The notes: generated from the letters alone by a model not told the origin. Shown: positions 17,483-27,687, counted from the stretch's first letter. The stretch: DNA of 64,000 bases from an uncultured Bacteroidales bacterium (GCA_964477035.1 CAYZCW010000003.1:95900-159899); one strand, 5' to 3'. Numbers and translations are program-made.

Positions 17483-18973
17483 CTAGTTCTGAACCACCAG
17501 CTGGTTGGTATTCATTTCGGCTTCAGAGATCGGCCAGATGTAGGCCGGGGAAGTGGGCGGGATGGTCGGCACGGGTCCTTTGGCCCCATAGGCGGCCACC
17601 TTGCGGTTCACGTCGTAGCTCCGTTTGCCTTCGGCCAGAAATTCCATGTTGCGTTCCAGCATGACCCGGTCGACAAAGGCATTGGCACTGGCAAAATCGG
17701 CCACCGTATAGGCCTTGTCCGGGTTGGACCGCTGGTGCACCGCATTGAGCAGGGCCACGGCACGGCTATTCACCCCGTTCACCCGGGCTTCGGCTTCGGC
17801 CACATTCAGCAACACCTCAGCATAACGCATCACCGGTACATAATCCACGTGGGGAAATGCCGGGTATTTTTCCAGGAAGGTGTAATTCACCCCGGCCACG
17901 GCCACCACCGAAACGATCTGCCTGCGGGCATCCGATTCCGGGAAGGCGGTGTAGTTCGACCAGGCGGGTCCGCTGGGATTCAGGGGGTATTCCTGGTTTC
18001 CTCCGCTGCCCCCGCTGAAGTAGTAGCCCAGCTGGTTCTGGGTGCCGGGCAGTTCGGTGCCGAGCATGGGGATGGAAAAGATGGACTCCGGGGAGATGTA
18101 AGGAGCCTCAAAGATGCCTTCAAACACGGGGTTCAGGGCGTAGGCCACCCCCCCGTTCCCGTTCACAAACGGGGCGCCGGCCGGCACGATCTTGTTGCCC
18201 TCGGCCAGTGCGGCCTGGTAGTTGTTCATGTGCAGGTATACGCGCGACTTCAGGGCGATGACCGTATTGCGCTGCATGCGGGTCACATTAAGCACCGTGT
18301 TGCCGGTGCCGGCGCCATGGGCCAGGGGCAGCAGGGGCTCGGCCGCGTTCAGGTCGGCCAGGATCTGGGTGTAGGTTTCCCCCACGGTGCTGCGCGCCAG
18401 GTCGTTGTCGGCCGCGGTGCGTTCAGCCTTGAGGCGGAGGATCATGCCCAGGGCACTGGGATCCTGGTTGTAGGGCTTGGCATACAACTGGGACATGTCG
18501 AAATAGATCATCCCCCTCAGGGCCAGGGCCTCCCCCCGGAACTGGTTGAACTCCGCCTCGGTCAGCAGGGAAGAGCGGACCGGGTCCTGTTTGGCATTCT
18601 CGAGGCCCTCCAGGAACACATTGATGCGGTTGATGGCGGCATAGCATGCCCCCCAGAGGTTGATGACTTCGTTGGTAGACGGGGCCATATTGTGCTGCCA
18701 GGTCTGGTAGCCGGTCACCCCGTTGGACCGGAGGTTCAGGAAGTCGTCCCCGCGGATGTCGCTGTAAACGATATACCGTCCTCCAAGATATTGCCCGCTT
18801 TTCACGGACGTGTACATGGCGTTGACCTGGGCCACGATGCGGTCCTTCGTATCGAAGGCGGTCAGGTCCGAGATCGCCGTCGACGGCACCGGCTCGAGGT
18901 ATTCATCGAAGCAGGCGTTCAGGGTGAACGCAGCCAGGACAACGATCATGAATATTTTGAATTTATTTTTCAT
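17483..18973 (-). CDS. susD: RagB/SusD-family nutrient-binding lipoprotein (pair 2)
   Basis: 496 aa with a lipobox (FTLNAC). SusD-like features (RGMIYFDMSQLYAKPY, AEVLLNVAEAEAR, IWPISEAEMNTNQ) and it sits 21 nt after its SusC partner. Confidence 0.85.
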   Translation of the reverse strand: MKNKFKIFMIVVLAAFTLNACFDEYLEPVPSTAISDLTAFDTKDRIVAQVNAMYTSVKSGQYLGGRYIVYSDIRGDDFLNLRSNGVTGYQTWQHNMAPSTNEVINLWGACYAAINRINVFLEGLENAKQDPVRSSLLTEAEFNQFRGEALALRGMIYFDMSQLYAKPYNQDPSALGMILRLKAERTAADNDLARSTVGETYTQILADLNAAEPLLPLAHGAGTGNTVLNVTRMQRNTVIALKSRVYLHMNNYQAALAEGNKIVPAGAPFVNGNGGVAYALNPVFEGIFEAPYISPESIFSIPMLGTELPGTQNQLGYYFSGGSGGNQEYPLNPSGPAWSNYTAFPESDARRQIVSVVAVAGVNYTFLEKYPAFPHVDYVPVMRYAEVLLNVAEAEARVNGVNSRAVALLNAVHQRSNPDKAYTVADFASANAFVDRVMLERNMEFLAEGKRSYDVNRKVAAYGAKGPVPTIPPTSPAYIWPISEAEMNTNQLVVQN

Positions 18974-18994
18974 GCTTCTGAGCTTTTACGTGAA

Positions 18995-21900
18995 TTAAAA
19001 GGTGACATTGAGGCCGAAGGATAGGGTCCTTGCCTGGGGTACGGTGTTCCTGTCCACCCCGGGAGCCAGGTTGGAGTCACCCATGGAGGAGATCTCCGGA
19101 TCGGCTCCTTCGTAGCCTGTCAGGGTCAGGACATTGAACATCTGCACATGCAGGCGGACACTTCTGACACCGGCGCTCCTCAGGAAATCATTCTCCAGGC
19201 GGTAGCCGATCCCCAGGTTGCGCACCTTGAGGAAATCTGCTTTTTCCACATTCTGGGACTGCACCATGGTGGAACCGTTGGACACGTTGTCCCCCCAAAT
19301 GGGCTTGGGAATGTCGGTGATGTCGCCGGGCTGTTTCCAGGCTTTCTCATACACCTCCTTGGTATTGTTCCAGGTACGCTGGTCCCTCAGCCCTGCTTTG
19401 GAGCCGTTATAAATGTAGAAACCGGTGGCAAAGGTGAGGCTCACAGTCATGTCAAAATTCCCGTAGGTCAGGGTGTTGTCCAGCCCCCCGTAAAAACGCG
19501 GTATGGGACTGCCGAGCACGGTTCCGTCGTCGGTGATGTTGATGGCGCGGTGGGTCGTGCCGTCGGCCAGCGTCCACCGGGAGGCGGCCGGTGCGGAATG
19601 GTCGTAAAACACCTGTTGCCCATTGGCATTGAGGAAGATCCTCCTGCCGGTGGCAGGATCCACCCCGTCGGTCCGCACCCCCCAGATGCTGCCGATGGGC
19701 TGCCCTACCACGGTGCGGTTGGTGGTTTCCAGGGAGGTGACCCCCAGGATCTCATCCACCCCGGGAGCCAGTGCCGTGACCTCATTCTTCAGGGTACTGA
19801 GATTCAGGGTGCTGGTCCAGGAGAACCGGTCGGTCTGCAGGTTGTAGCTGGTCAGGGTGAATTCCAGGCCCGTATTGTACATGGAGCCCACGTTGGCCGG
19901 GATTGAGTTGCCCGGAATCCCCTTGGAGGGGGCCTGCGGCACATTCAGGATGAGGTCATCGATCAGGTTGTAATAGTAGTTGAAGTCAACCTGAATGCGG
20001 TCATTGAACAGTCCGAAAGCGATCCCCGCATCGTATTTGCTGGATGCCTCCCATGCCAGGTCGGGGTTGCCGGCCTGGGAGAAGAACAGGGTCGGGTTGT
20101 CATTATATACACCGGCCCCGTATAGCGAGAGGGAACCGTAATTGGCGATCCCGGAAATGTTCCCCACGCGGCCGTAACTGGCCTTGATGCGCAGGTCGGA
20201 GAAAATATCGCCCAGGGCGCTGGCCGTCATAAAATCCTCCCGGGCAATGTTCCACATGATGGAGGCACCCCCGAAATTCCCGTACTTGGCGTCCGGACCC
20301 AGGCCGGAAAAACCGTCCCTTCGACCGCTCACTTCGAAGTAGTACTTCCGGTCGAAGTTCATGTTCAAACGGCCGAAGAAGGAGATGAAATAGTTTTCGG
20401 CTTTCAGGAGTCCGCCCCCATCGACCACCGTGGTGGTGAAGCTGCCCTGGTAGTTGGTGAAGAAGGGGTCGGCAATGTTCTGCCGCCAGCCGTTCCAGCC
20501 ATCGAACTGGGTGTACTGCTCCTCGGCGCCGATCAGGGCGTTCAGGTTCAGCCGGTCGCTGATGGTGGTTATGTAATTCAGGGTGTTGGTCCAGTTCCAG
20601 CGGTTGCGGCGGTCGAAATAGTTGATGGCATCCCCGTTGCGGGAGGTACCGTCACCGTGGCGCGGATCGTAGAAGATGCGTGACTCCAGCGCGCTGTTGT
20701 CCAGCCCGAACACGGTACGGAACACCAGTCCGGGCATGAACGTCACATTGGCGGCCACGTTGCCCACGATGCGGTCGGATTCGGCCGTCTGGTTGTTGTA
20801 ATCGAACAGGAAGTTCGGGTGGAAGAAGCCCACGCCCTGGGTGTTGTTGAGGGTGCCGATCAGGGCCCCGGAAATATTGTAGAACTTATTCGGGTCGTCC
20901 TTGGTGGGCCAGCCATTGTTCTCGTATACATACTGCGGCACGATGGGCGCATAGAGGAAGGCGATGCGGCCGACCCCCGCCGTGGAGAAGTTGCCTCCGG
21001 CCAGGGAGCCCGTGTTCGGGGCATGGGAGAAGGAGTTTGTGTAGGAGAAGTTGGCGCTCACATCCAGAAAGTCCGTCAGCTTGTGGTCCACATTCAGGCG
21101 GGCGCTCTTGCGCTCGTAATCGTTGGTCCGGATGATCCCCTCGTTGAAGGCGTAACCGACGGAAGCAAAATAGCGCGTCCGCTGGGTGGCCCCCGTGAAG
21201 TTCAGGGAGTGGTTGTGCTGCAGCCCCGTGCGGTAGATCACATCGTTCCAGTCGGTGTCGATGAGGTTGCCATCGGGATCGTAGTTCAGAAAGTAAGCAG
21301 GCCCCAGTCCGACATTGGCCCGGGCCATGTTCTTGTGTTCCACGAACTGCTCGGCATTCATCATCTCGTAGAGGCGGCTGGCGCTGGTCACCCCGAAGGA
21401 GGCATCGTAGGTCACCTGGGTCTGCCCGGGCATCCCCTGCCGGGTGGTTACCAGCACGACCCCGTTGGCGGCCCTGGACCCGTAGATGGCCGTGGCGGAG
21501 GCGTCCTTTAGGATCTCAATGGACTCAATGTCGGACGGGTTGATGTCCCCCAGCACGTTCAGGGCGGCGCCGGACCGGCTGAGGTCTCCGGTAAAGACCG
21601 GAACCCCGTCCACCACCACCAGCGGATAGGAACTGCCGGAGATGGAATTGAACCCGCGGACCCGGATCACCGGGGGGTTCCCCAGGACGGCATTCGGGAT
21701 GGTGATGTTCACCCCGGCGGCTTTCCCCTGCAGGGCCTGCTCAAAAGTCTGGACGGGGATGGCCCGGATGGACTCCCCGCGCACGGTGGATACCGCACCG
21801 GAAATGTCGCGGCGTTGCTGTACACCATAGCCCACCACGACGAATTCTTCCACGGAATACACGTCCCTCTCAAGGGCCACATTGATGACCGTCCGCCCGC

Positions 21901-22153
21901 CCACGGGGATCGAAACGGTCCGGAGGCCTACGAACGAGAAGACCAGCGTGCCGTCGGCCGCCACATTGATCTCGTACCTCCCGTTGGCATCGGTGATGGC
22001 ACCGATGGTGGTTCCCTGGACAATCACGGTGACACCGGGCAGCGTGGACCCGTCCTCAAGGTCTGTCACGACGCCGGTCACCCGGATCTGTTGTCCAAAC
22101 AAGGACGTCCCCATAAAGAGGATCATCCCAAACAGAATCAGGATTCGCTTCAT
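18995..22153 (-). CDS. susC: SusC/RagA-family TonB-dependent receptor (pair 2)
   Basis: 1052 aa. N-domain VTGVVTDLEDGSTLPGVTVIVQGTTIGAITD, plug IESIEILKDASATAIYGSRAANGVVLVTTRQG, ends ..LSFGLNVTF. N-terminus closely parallels 14152..17142. Confidence 0.9.
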   Translation of the reverse strand: MKRILILFGMILFMGTSLFGQQIRVTGVVTDLEDGSTLPGVTVIVQGTTIGAITDANGRYEINVAADGTLVFSFVGLRTVSIPVGGRTVINVALERDVYSVEEFVVVGYGVQQRRDISGAVSTVRGESIRAIPVQTFEQALQGKAAGVNITIPNAVLGNPPVIRVRGFNSISGSSYPLVVVDGVPVFTGDLSRSGAALNVLGDINPSDIESIEILKDASATAIYGSRAANGVVLVTTRQGMPGQTQVTYDASFGVTSASRLYEMMNAEQFVEHKNMARANVGLGPAYFLNYDPDGNLIDTDWNDVIYRTGLQHNHSLNFTGATQRTRYFASVGYAFNEGIIRTNDYERKSARLNVDHKLTDFLDVSANFSYTNSFSHAPNTGSLAGGNFSTAGVGRIAFLYAPIVPQYVYENNGWPTKDDPNKFYNISGALIGTLNNTQGVGFFHPNFLFDYNNQTAESDRIVGNVAANVTFMPGLVFRTVFGLDNSALESRIFYDPRHGDGTSRNGDAINYFDRRNRWNWTNTLNYITTISDRLNLNALIGAEEQYTQFDGWNGWRQNIADPFFTNYQGSFTTTVVDGGGLLKAENYFISFFGRLNMNFDRKYYFEVSGRRDGFSGLGPDAKYGNFGGASIMWNIAREDFMTASALGDIFSDLRIKASYGRVGNISGIANYGSLSLYGAGVYNDNPTLFFSQAGNPDLAWEASSKYDAGIAFGLFNDRIQVDFNYYYNLIDDLILNVPQAPSKGIPGNSIPANVGSMYNTGLEFTLTSYNLQTDRFSWTSTLNLSTLKNEVTALAPGVDEILGVTSLETTNRTVVGQPIGSIWGVRTDGVDPATGRRIFLNANGQQVFYDHSAPAASRWTLADGTTHRAINITDDGTVLGSPIPRFYGGLDNTLTYGNFDMTVSLTFATGFYIYNGSKAGLRDQRTWNNTKEVYEKAWKQPGDITDIPKPIWGDNVSNGSTMVQSQNVEKADFLKVRNLGIGYRLENDFLRSAGVRSVRLHVQMFNVLTLTGYEGADPEISSMGDSNLAPGVDRNTVPQARTLSFGLNVTF

Positions 22154-22223
22154 GTTTTTTTTGGTTTTTGTTAAAGAAAGGATGGTTCACCTTGGTTGGA
22201 AAACGAGCCCAATCCAAATCAAG

Positions 22224-22231
22224 CAAATGTA
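22224..22231 (-). promoter_or_regulatory. candidate -7 promoter box (TACATTTG) for susC pair 2
   Basis: Exact TAnnTTTG on the minus strand, 71 nt upstream of the start at 22153, within a 251-bp AT-rich gap. Confidence 0.4.
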
Positions 22232-22404
22232 AAAAAAAAGTTAACATACTGTTAAAATATATTAATTCTTTTGGCTATATAATATATTTTTATATAGAGA
22301 GCCGGGCATATAAAAAACGGAGACTGCCTCAAAACCCTGGCCTGTATGACCTTAGGTTCTGAAGCAGCCTCCGTGCAGGGACCGGCTTACGGCCTAGCCC
22401 TCAA

Positions 22405-23793
22405 TCACTCCACCCGGTCCCACCACACACGGGTGTTGATGTCCACATTCAGGGGGAAATTGACCGGGTTGTTCTGCTCCTCGAAGGCCGGATACAGGAG
22501 CCGGCGCGGAACGAGGTCCCCGTTCTGGTTGGCGGGCGGGACGGTTTCAAATACCGGGTAGCCCGTCCGCCTCCAGTCGGTCCACACCTCCGGATTCAAA
22601 AACAGGGCAACGTATTTGGCGGTCATGATGTCCTCCAGGCTAACCTGCTCCCGCAGGGCGTGTTCCTCCTCCCACTGGGCGTTGCGGGCCTGGTGCATCT
22701 CCAGGGAAGCGATCACGGCGGCTGCATAGGCCGCATCGGCCTGGGCCGGCATGCCCATGCGGTGGTACACTTCCGCTTCAATGAACTTCTGTTCGCTGTA
22801 CCCGGCCATTGTCAGCCCGGCATTCTGGCTGCCGATGGTGCCTCCTGAGTTGGCGATCCGGGATGCATTGAGGTTCTCGGAGCCGGGAGCCGCCCCGATC
22901 CGTTCATTCTGGGTGGTCAGCCTGACGTACTTACCCAGCCGGGGGTCGTCCGTGGCCTGGAGCCGGTCCACCAGAAAAGCACCCACCCGGGTGTTGCCGA
23001 TCGCATAATCAAACAGGTACCACGGATTTTCCAGTTCGGCCATGTTGGCAAAAGGGAACACCAGGTCGTCCGCCACCGATTCGAACATCCCCCCCGCCTG
23101 GACCAGGGCCAGGGCCCCGGAGTAATCGCCTGACAGATGATTTAGCCGGAGGGTGTGGCGCAACCTCAGAAAACGCACGAACTTCTTCCATTTTTCCACA
23201 TCCCCTTCATAATAGAAGTCGTCGGACGGGCGGGGAACCAGGGTACCTTCCACGGGCGTTTCCAGCATCTCCATGCTGTCGTCCAGGGTTTTGAAAATGG
23301 CGTTGTAGACCGCCTCCTGTCCGTCATATACCGGGTTGCTTCCCATGCCATGGTATTTGTATGCCTCAGAAAAAGGCACATCCCCCCAGGCATCGGTGAC
23401 CAGACCGAACATCCAGGCCTGCATGGCCAGGCCCATCCCGCTGAATCGCGGGGCGTTGAGCTCAACGGCATAGTATTCCAGCAGGCTCATCTCCCGGACA
23501 AGGTTGAAGTAAAACAGCTGCCAGGTGTCATCGAAATGGGCCATGACGGGATTGTAATTCTCCACCTGGAGGTGGGATCCCCTAACCCCCGACAATTGCT
23601 GCATCCACATGAGCGGGAAGCGGGCAAAGTCACTGCCCAGGTACATGGCGTTGTAGTATTGGGACAACGTCAGCTTGTTGCGCAGCTCCTCTTCCGCGAT
23701 CACGGGATCCTCGCGTTCAATCTTTGTGCACTGCACCTGGATCAGGGACAGGGCCACAATAAGCCCCATCCGGAAAAAATTTTTATTCATCAT
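22405..23793 (-). CDS. SusD_2-type nutrient-binding lipoprotein (paralog of 5164..6549)
   Basis: 462 aa with a lipobox (LIQVQC). Shares WMQQLSGV, TDAWGDVPFSE, SEQKFIEAE, RRLLYP..E..NP..WWD with 5164..6549. Confidence 0.75.
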   Translation of the reverse strand: MMNKNFFRMGLIVALSLIQVQCTKIEREDPVIAEEELRNKLTLSQYYNAMYLGSDFARFPLMWMQQLSGVRGSHLQVENYNPVMAHFDDTWQLFYFNLVREMSLLEYYAVELNAPRFSGMGLAMQAWMFGLVTDAWGDVPFSEAYKYHGMGSNPVYDGQEAVYNAIFKTLDDSMEMLETPVEGTLVPRPSDDFYYEGDVEKWKKFVRFLRLRHTLRLNHLSGDYSGALALVQAGGMFESVADDLVFPFANMAELENPWYLFDYAIGNTRVGAFLVDRLQATDDPRLGKYVRLTTQNERIGAAPGSENLNASRIANSGGTIGSQNAGLTMAGYSEQKFIEAEVYHRMGMPAQADAAYAAAVIASLEMHQARNAQWEEEHALREQVSLEDIMTAKYVALFLNPEVWTDWRRTGYPVFETVPPANQNGDLVPRRLLYPAFEEQNNPVNFPLNVDINTRVWWDRVE

Positions 23794-23861
23794 AAAACGA
23801 TTCGCATTAAAAAACCATGGATAAAACCGACGCCAAAATTATAAACAAATTCCATTCCACC

Positions 23862-26800
23862 CTAATAGACCCTGATCCTGCCGTGGTGCAGGCGCTGCCC
23901 GTCATATACCCTCAGCAGGTAAATCCCCTGGGGCACCCCCCCCACATCCAGCAGCACGCTGCCGGTGTCTCCTTCCTGCCGGAACAGGGGCCGCCCCAGC
24001 ATATCAAACACCTCCAGCCAGTGAATGGGCGTTCCCAGGCTGACCCTCACCTGTTCACGCGCCGGGTTGGGATAAATTAACAGGCTTTTTTCCGTCGGAT
24101 GGGGACTGCCGGCCGACACCGGGATCTCATTGATGGAAGGCCGGTTGCAGAATTCATCGCCAATGAGCACCTGGTATACCCCTGTTTGTCCGCCTTCATT
24201 ATGGTAGGTCCTGCCCGTCGCCCCGTCGATCGGATGGCCGTCACGGAACCACTGGTAAAAAGCGGCTTCCACATCGACAAACAAGGTATTGCCCGACAGG
24301 AAGATCTCCGGCCGGGGCAAGGGGTTCTCCACTACCTGCAGGGACCTGGTGGTTTCATGCAACCTGTCACCGGCGCTGACCGCAAGCCGGACCTGATAGG
24401 CGCCTGTATCCGGAAAGGTAAATACCGGAGACTGTTCTTCCGAACCACCCAGCGTATCGAACTGCCAGAGCCATTGTTCCACGGGACCACTGCTCCGGTC
24501 ATGAAAAAAGGTCCAGCTGTTGCGGCAGGGGGAGGTCACCTCAAAATCCGCGAACAGGATGTCCCCGCAATCCATCTGCAGCCAGCCGTACGACTGGCTG
24601 ACCGTACTGTTTTCCCCGGCATTGAAAAGGGCAGGTCCGATGGCATGCAGCCTGTGCACCGAGAGATAGTCCAGGCAGAACACCCGGCCGGTCCTGGAAT
24701 GAATGGCATTCTCCTCCCCGGCACCCTCGAAAGGCACCAGCCTGTCCGGTGTTCCATAGCCGGAAAATATATCTCCCACCAAGATCCCGGATTCCCCGAA
24801 CAGGGTGAAGGCAGCCCTTCCCGTGAACATAAGGTCATCCGCCTCCAGATCATCATACAGCCCCAAAGGCCCGTCATTGAACAGTTCGTGCAGCAGGAGG
24901 CGCCCACGGACCTCCAGCCGGGCATGGTTGACCAGGGAGTGGATCATGACACCCCCCGTGTTGAACGCCCCCTCCACCGGGTGCTCCGCTTCCTCCTCAC
25001 CAAAACGGAAAGATGCCTTTCCAGCCATCAGGAGGAAGTCACGGTCCGGAAAATACACCTGCTCCAGGTCATAAAGCCTGGAAGACCTCATATTCAACAC
25101 TTTATGTAAAGTATTGTCTTCCACGAGGAGTTCCCTGAGCTGCAGGGCGACATCTTCCATGACCACCTCCCCGGCCCGGAGCACCAGACGGTCGGCCGCC
25201 AGGGAGGAGAGCAGCCGCCACCTGCCCGCGGGATGGTCGAACACCAGGCTGACCGGGGCGGAAGATGCCTTGCCAGGGTCCTCGAAATATACATAGGCGT
25301 CCTTGCGGGTCCCCTCAAAACGCAGCATCCCGGGTCCGCCGGGGTCGAAGAAGCCCCTTTCTGCATACAGGGAGCCGGAAAGAGACAGGGTGCGGCCGTT
25401 CATGTTGACCAGTCCCTGCGCCCCTGCCGTCACCGTCAGGGTATGGCAGGCCACATCGGCTAGAAGCGTCAGCAGCTGGTTCTCCTGGGAGAAGGAATGC
25501 CGGTCGAGCACCACATGGTCGTCCGGTCCGGGCACCACGCCGGCCGGCTCGCCCCCGCTGCTGAGCGACCATTTCGAGGGATCGTGCCACTGCCCGTTGC
25601 TGCCGACCCAGTAATAGCTGGTGCGCGGACCCGGGTCCCCTTCCTGGACAAACAGGGAAAAATCCTGCTTGCCCCCGATTAGATTGCTTTTATGGTTGAT
25701 TACCAAACGGTAATTGCCCGCCGGAGGGCTTTCAATGAAGATCTTTTCTGCATTGTCCCTGAAGTTGTCACCCCGCCCGGCAGGGGCTGCAGGGGAATCC
25801 GGATCCAGCACCCATGGCAGGTACACCTCCCCCCCTTCATGAATGACCCGCATGTCGAGGTCGTTGACCAGCATCCGGTCGGCGGGGTTCAGCTGGGCCG
25901 CCACCGGGGTGCCCGGCACATCCGTCCAGGCCAGGGTGGCGGTCAGTGGCTCTTCCCCCGCAAGGGTGAATGAATACTCGAACACCTGGTTGTTGACCAG
26001 GCTGCCCTCCAGGAAATACCCCTTGCCATCCGCCAGCCGGGTCAGGAAACCCGCCATCCGGCTCGCATCCAGCAGCCCCCATCCGAAGGCATAATCGGGA
26101 CCCGGACCTGCACCGGCCTGGCGGGCCGTATGGATGGCCAGTCCCTTGAGGGAGGCGGCCCTGAGGTAGCTGCCACCGGTCATTCCATGGTACAACTCCT
26201 GGATAAGCAGGAGCGAGCCGGCCACGATGGGTGCGGCCATGGAGGTGCCGCTGCTGCTTACGTACTGGTCGCCCAGGTAAGTCGACAAAACCGAACGCCC
26301 CTTGGTGACCAGGTCGGGCTTTATGCGCCCGTCGTCGGTCGGCCCCCAGCTGCTGAACGGTGTCATCACCACATCTTCGGGTCTGGCATATCCTTCCGGA
26401 ATGCCGTTGACGGCCCCCACCGTGAGCACGTTCTTTGAAAGGGCCTCGGGACCGATCGTATCGAAAGGCCCGTCGGGGGGACGGCTGTTATCCCCGGCAT
26501 CATCCCGGTCGTTGCCGGCGGCCCATACAGGCAGGTAGTAGGGTGCAGAATAGGCGATCTGGTCGATGGCCCGGCTCACGCTGGAATAGAAACCGAAACG
26601 GTAATCCTCATCGGCCCCGGTGGGGCCCATCCAGCGCCACTGCCCGTCCTGCAGGTCCCAGCCAAGGGGCGTTCCATAGCTGTGGTTGGAAAGAAGCATG
26701 CCCCGGGCCGCCTCCGTGGCCATCTCACCCAGGTCGTTCTCCCAGTCGTACGCCAGGATCCTGCCTTCGTAAGCCATGCCCCTTGCCTGTTCGCGGAGGC

Positions 26801-27395
26801 CCCGGGCCACCAGCGTCCCGGCCACATGCGTGGCGTGGCCGTCATAGCCGGTCAGGGGGTCCCGGTTCTCCACCTTGCCCGAGAGCTCGGGATGGGCCGG
26901 ATACACGCTGCCGGCATCCCACATGCCGGCAGACAGACCCCTGCCGGTGAGAAACAGCCGGTTGGCGCCCCCGGGATAAAGCTCCCGGGTGGCCGAAGTC
27001 ACCGCCCCTCCGGCATTCAGCGTGTAATAATAGTATGGCAGTCCGTCTTCCACTCGCTGCAAGGCGTAGCGCACCCCCTCGCGGGTGGTGAACCGGGCTT
27101 CCAGGCCCAGCTGCAGGGCTTTTTCCACCGATTGCCGTTGGGCCTCCTGGAACACGGCCGACAGGGAGTCTGCCAGTTGCAGCAGCCCTTCCCTGTCACG
27201 GACCACCGGGTCCTCCGCCTGCCAGAGGGAAGGGGCTCTCCTGCCTGGCTCCGGACCGGACCCGGGAGCCTGCCACGGGGTGATTCCGCCGGGCTGTGCC
27301 ATGAGGGTGCCGGCGGCCAGGAGCATGGGGGCCCACAGCAGCGGAAAGCACCGGAACATCCGACGGAAAAAAGAATATAAATGGCTCAAGCTCAT
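23862..27395 (-). CDS. S8 subtilase with P-domain, PKD domain and T9SS C-terminal sorting domain (paralog B)
   Basis: Triad motifs AGMWDAG, GHATHVAGT, GTSMAAPIVAG. P-domain block ATLAWTDVPGT..LVNDLDMRV..DNAEKI..GNYRLVI. T9SS tail LLIYPNPAREQVRV..GIYLLRVYDGQRLHHGRIRVY. Start placed at the ATG at 27395 (MSLSHLYSFFRRMFRCFPLLWAPMLLAAGTLMAQ); 27359 is an alternative and the track ORF starts at 27659. Confidence 0.85.
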   Translation of the reverse strand: MSLSHLYSFFRRMFRCFPLLWAPMLLAAGTLMAQPGGITPWQAPGSGPEPGRRAPSLWQAEDPVVRDREGLLQLADSLSAVFQEAQRQSVEKALQLGLEARFTTREGVRYALQRVEDGLPYYYYTLNAGGAVTSATRELYPGGANRLFLTGRGLSAGMWDAGSVYPAHPELSGKVENRDPLTGYDGHATHVAGTLVARGLREQARGMAYEGRILAYDWENDLGEMATEAARGMLLSNHSYGTPLGWDLQDGQWRWMGPTGADEDYRFGFYSSVSRAIDQIAYSAPYYLPVWAAGNDRDDAGDNSRPPDGPFDTIGPEALSKNVLTVGAVNGIPEGYARPEDVVMTPFSSWGPTDDGRIKPDLVTKGRSVLSTYLGDQYVSSSGTSMAAPIVAGSLLLIQELYHGMTGGSYLRAASLKGLAIHTARQAGAGPGPDYAFGWGLLDASRMAGFLTRLADGKGYFLEGSLVNNQVFEYSFTLAGEEPLTATLAWTDVPGTPVAAQLNPADRMLVNDLDMRVIHEGGEVYLPWVLDPDSPAAPAGRGDNFRDNAEKIFIESPPAGNYRLVINHKSNLIGGKQDFSLFVQEGDPGPRTSYYWVGSNGQWHDPSKWSLSSGGEPAGVVPGPDDHVVLDRHSFSQENQLLTLLADVACHTLTVTAGAQGLVNMNGRTLSLSGSLYAERGFFDPGGPGMLRFEGTRKDAYVYFEDPGKASSAPVSLVFDHPAGRWRLLSSLAADRLVLRAGEVVMEDVALQLRELLVEDNTLHKVLNMRSSRLYDLEQVYFPDRDFLLMAGKASFRFGEEEAEHPVEGAFNTGGVMIHSLVNHARLEVRGRLLLHELFNDGPLGLYDDLEADDLMFTGRAAFTLFGESGILVGDIFSGYGTPDRLVPFEGAGEENAIHSRTGRVFCLDYLSVHRLHAIGPALFNAGENSTVSQSYGWLQMDCGDILFADFEVTSPCRNSWTFFHDRSSGPVEQWLWQFDTLGGSEEQSPVFTFPDTGAYQVRLAVSAGDRLHETTRSLQVVENPLPRPEIFLSGNTLFVDVEAAFYQWFRDGHPIDGATGRTYHNEGGQTGVYQVLIGDEFCNRPSINEIPVSAGSPHPTEKSLLIYPNPAREQVRVSLGTPIHWLEVFDMLGRPLFRQEGDTGSVLLDVGGVPQGIYLLRVYDGQRLHHGRIRVY

Positions 27396-27687
27396 CCGGG
27401 CTATACGACCAGAAACATCCCGTAAATGTACAAAAAAATGCCAAGGCGGGGTCCCGGACACCTCCCCGAAGGACCAGGTTCCCCACCTGGGGTTATCCAT
27501 CAAAACACGGGCCAAAGACTCAAACAAAAGTTTAATTCCCCCTCCCCGGGTTTTGTCCCATCCAAGCGGCTGCCGGAAAACCGTTCCGGTGGGTTTATCC
27601 AAAATCCCCCCGTGTCCCGCGGCCGGCCCCGGAGGGTGCGGACAAATTGATCCCCGCAAACCGGCCCTTCTTTCGCTTTTTTTTCTT

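Noticed and set aside
27396-27659. 88-codon N-terminal extension of subtilase B (and the 15-codon extension of subtilase A, 11525..11569)
   Set aside because: Signal peptides start at the internal Met residues. The extensions have no signal-like or domain-like character and would bury the signal peptide.
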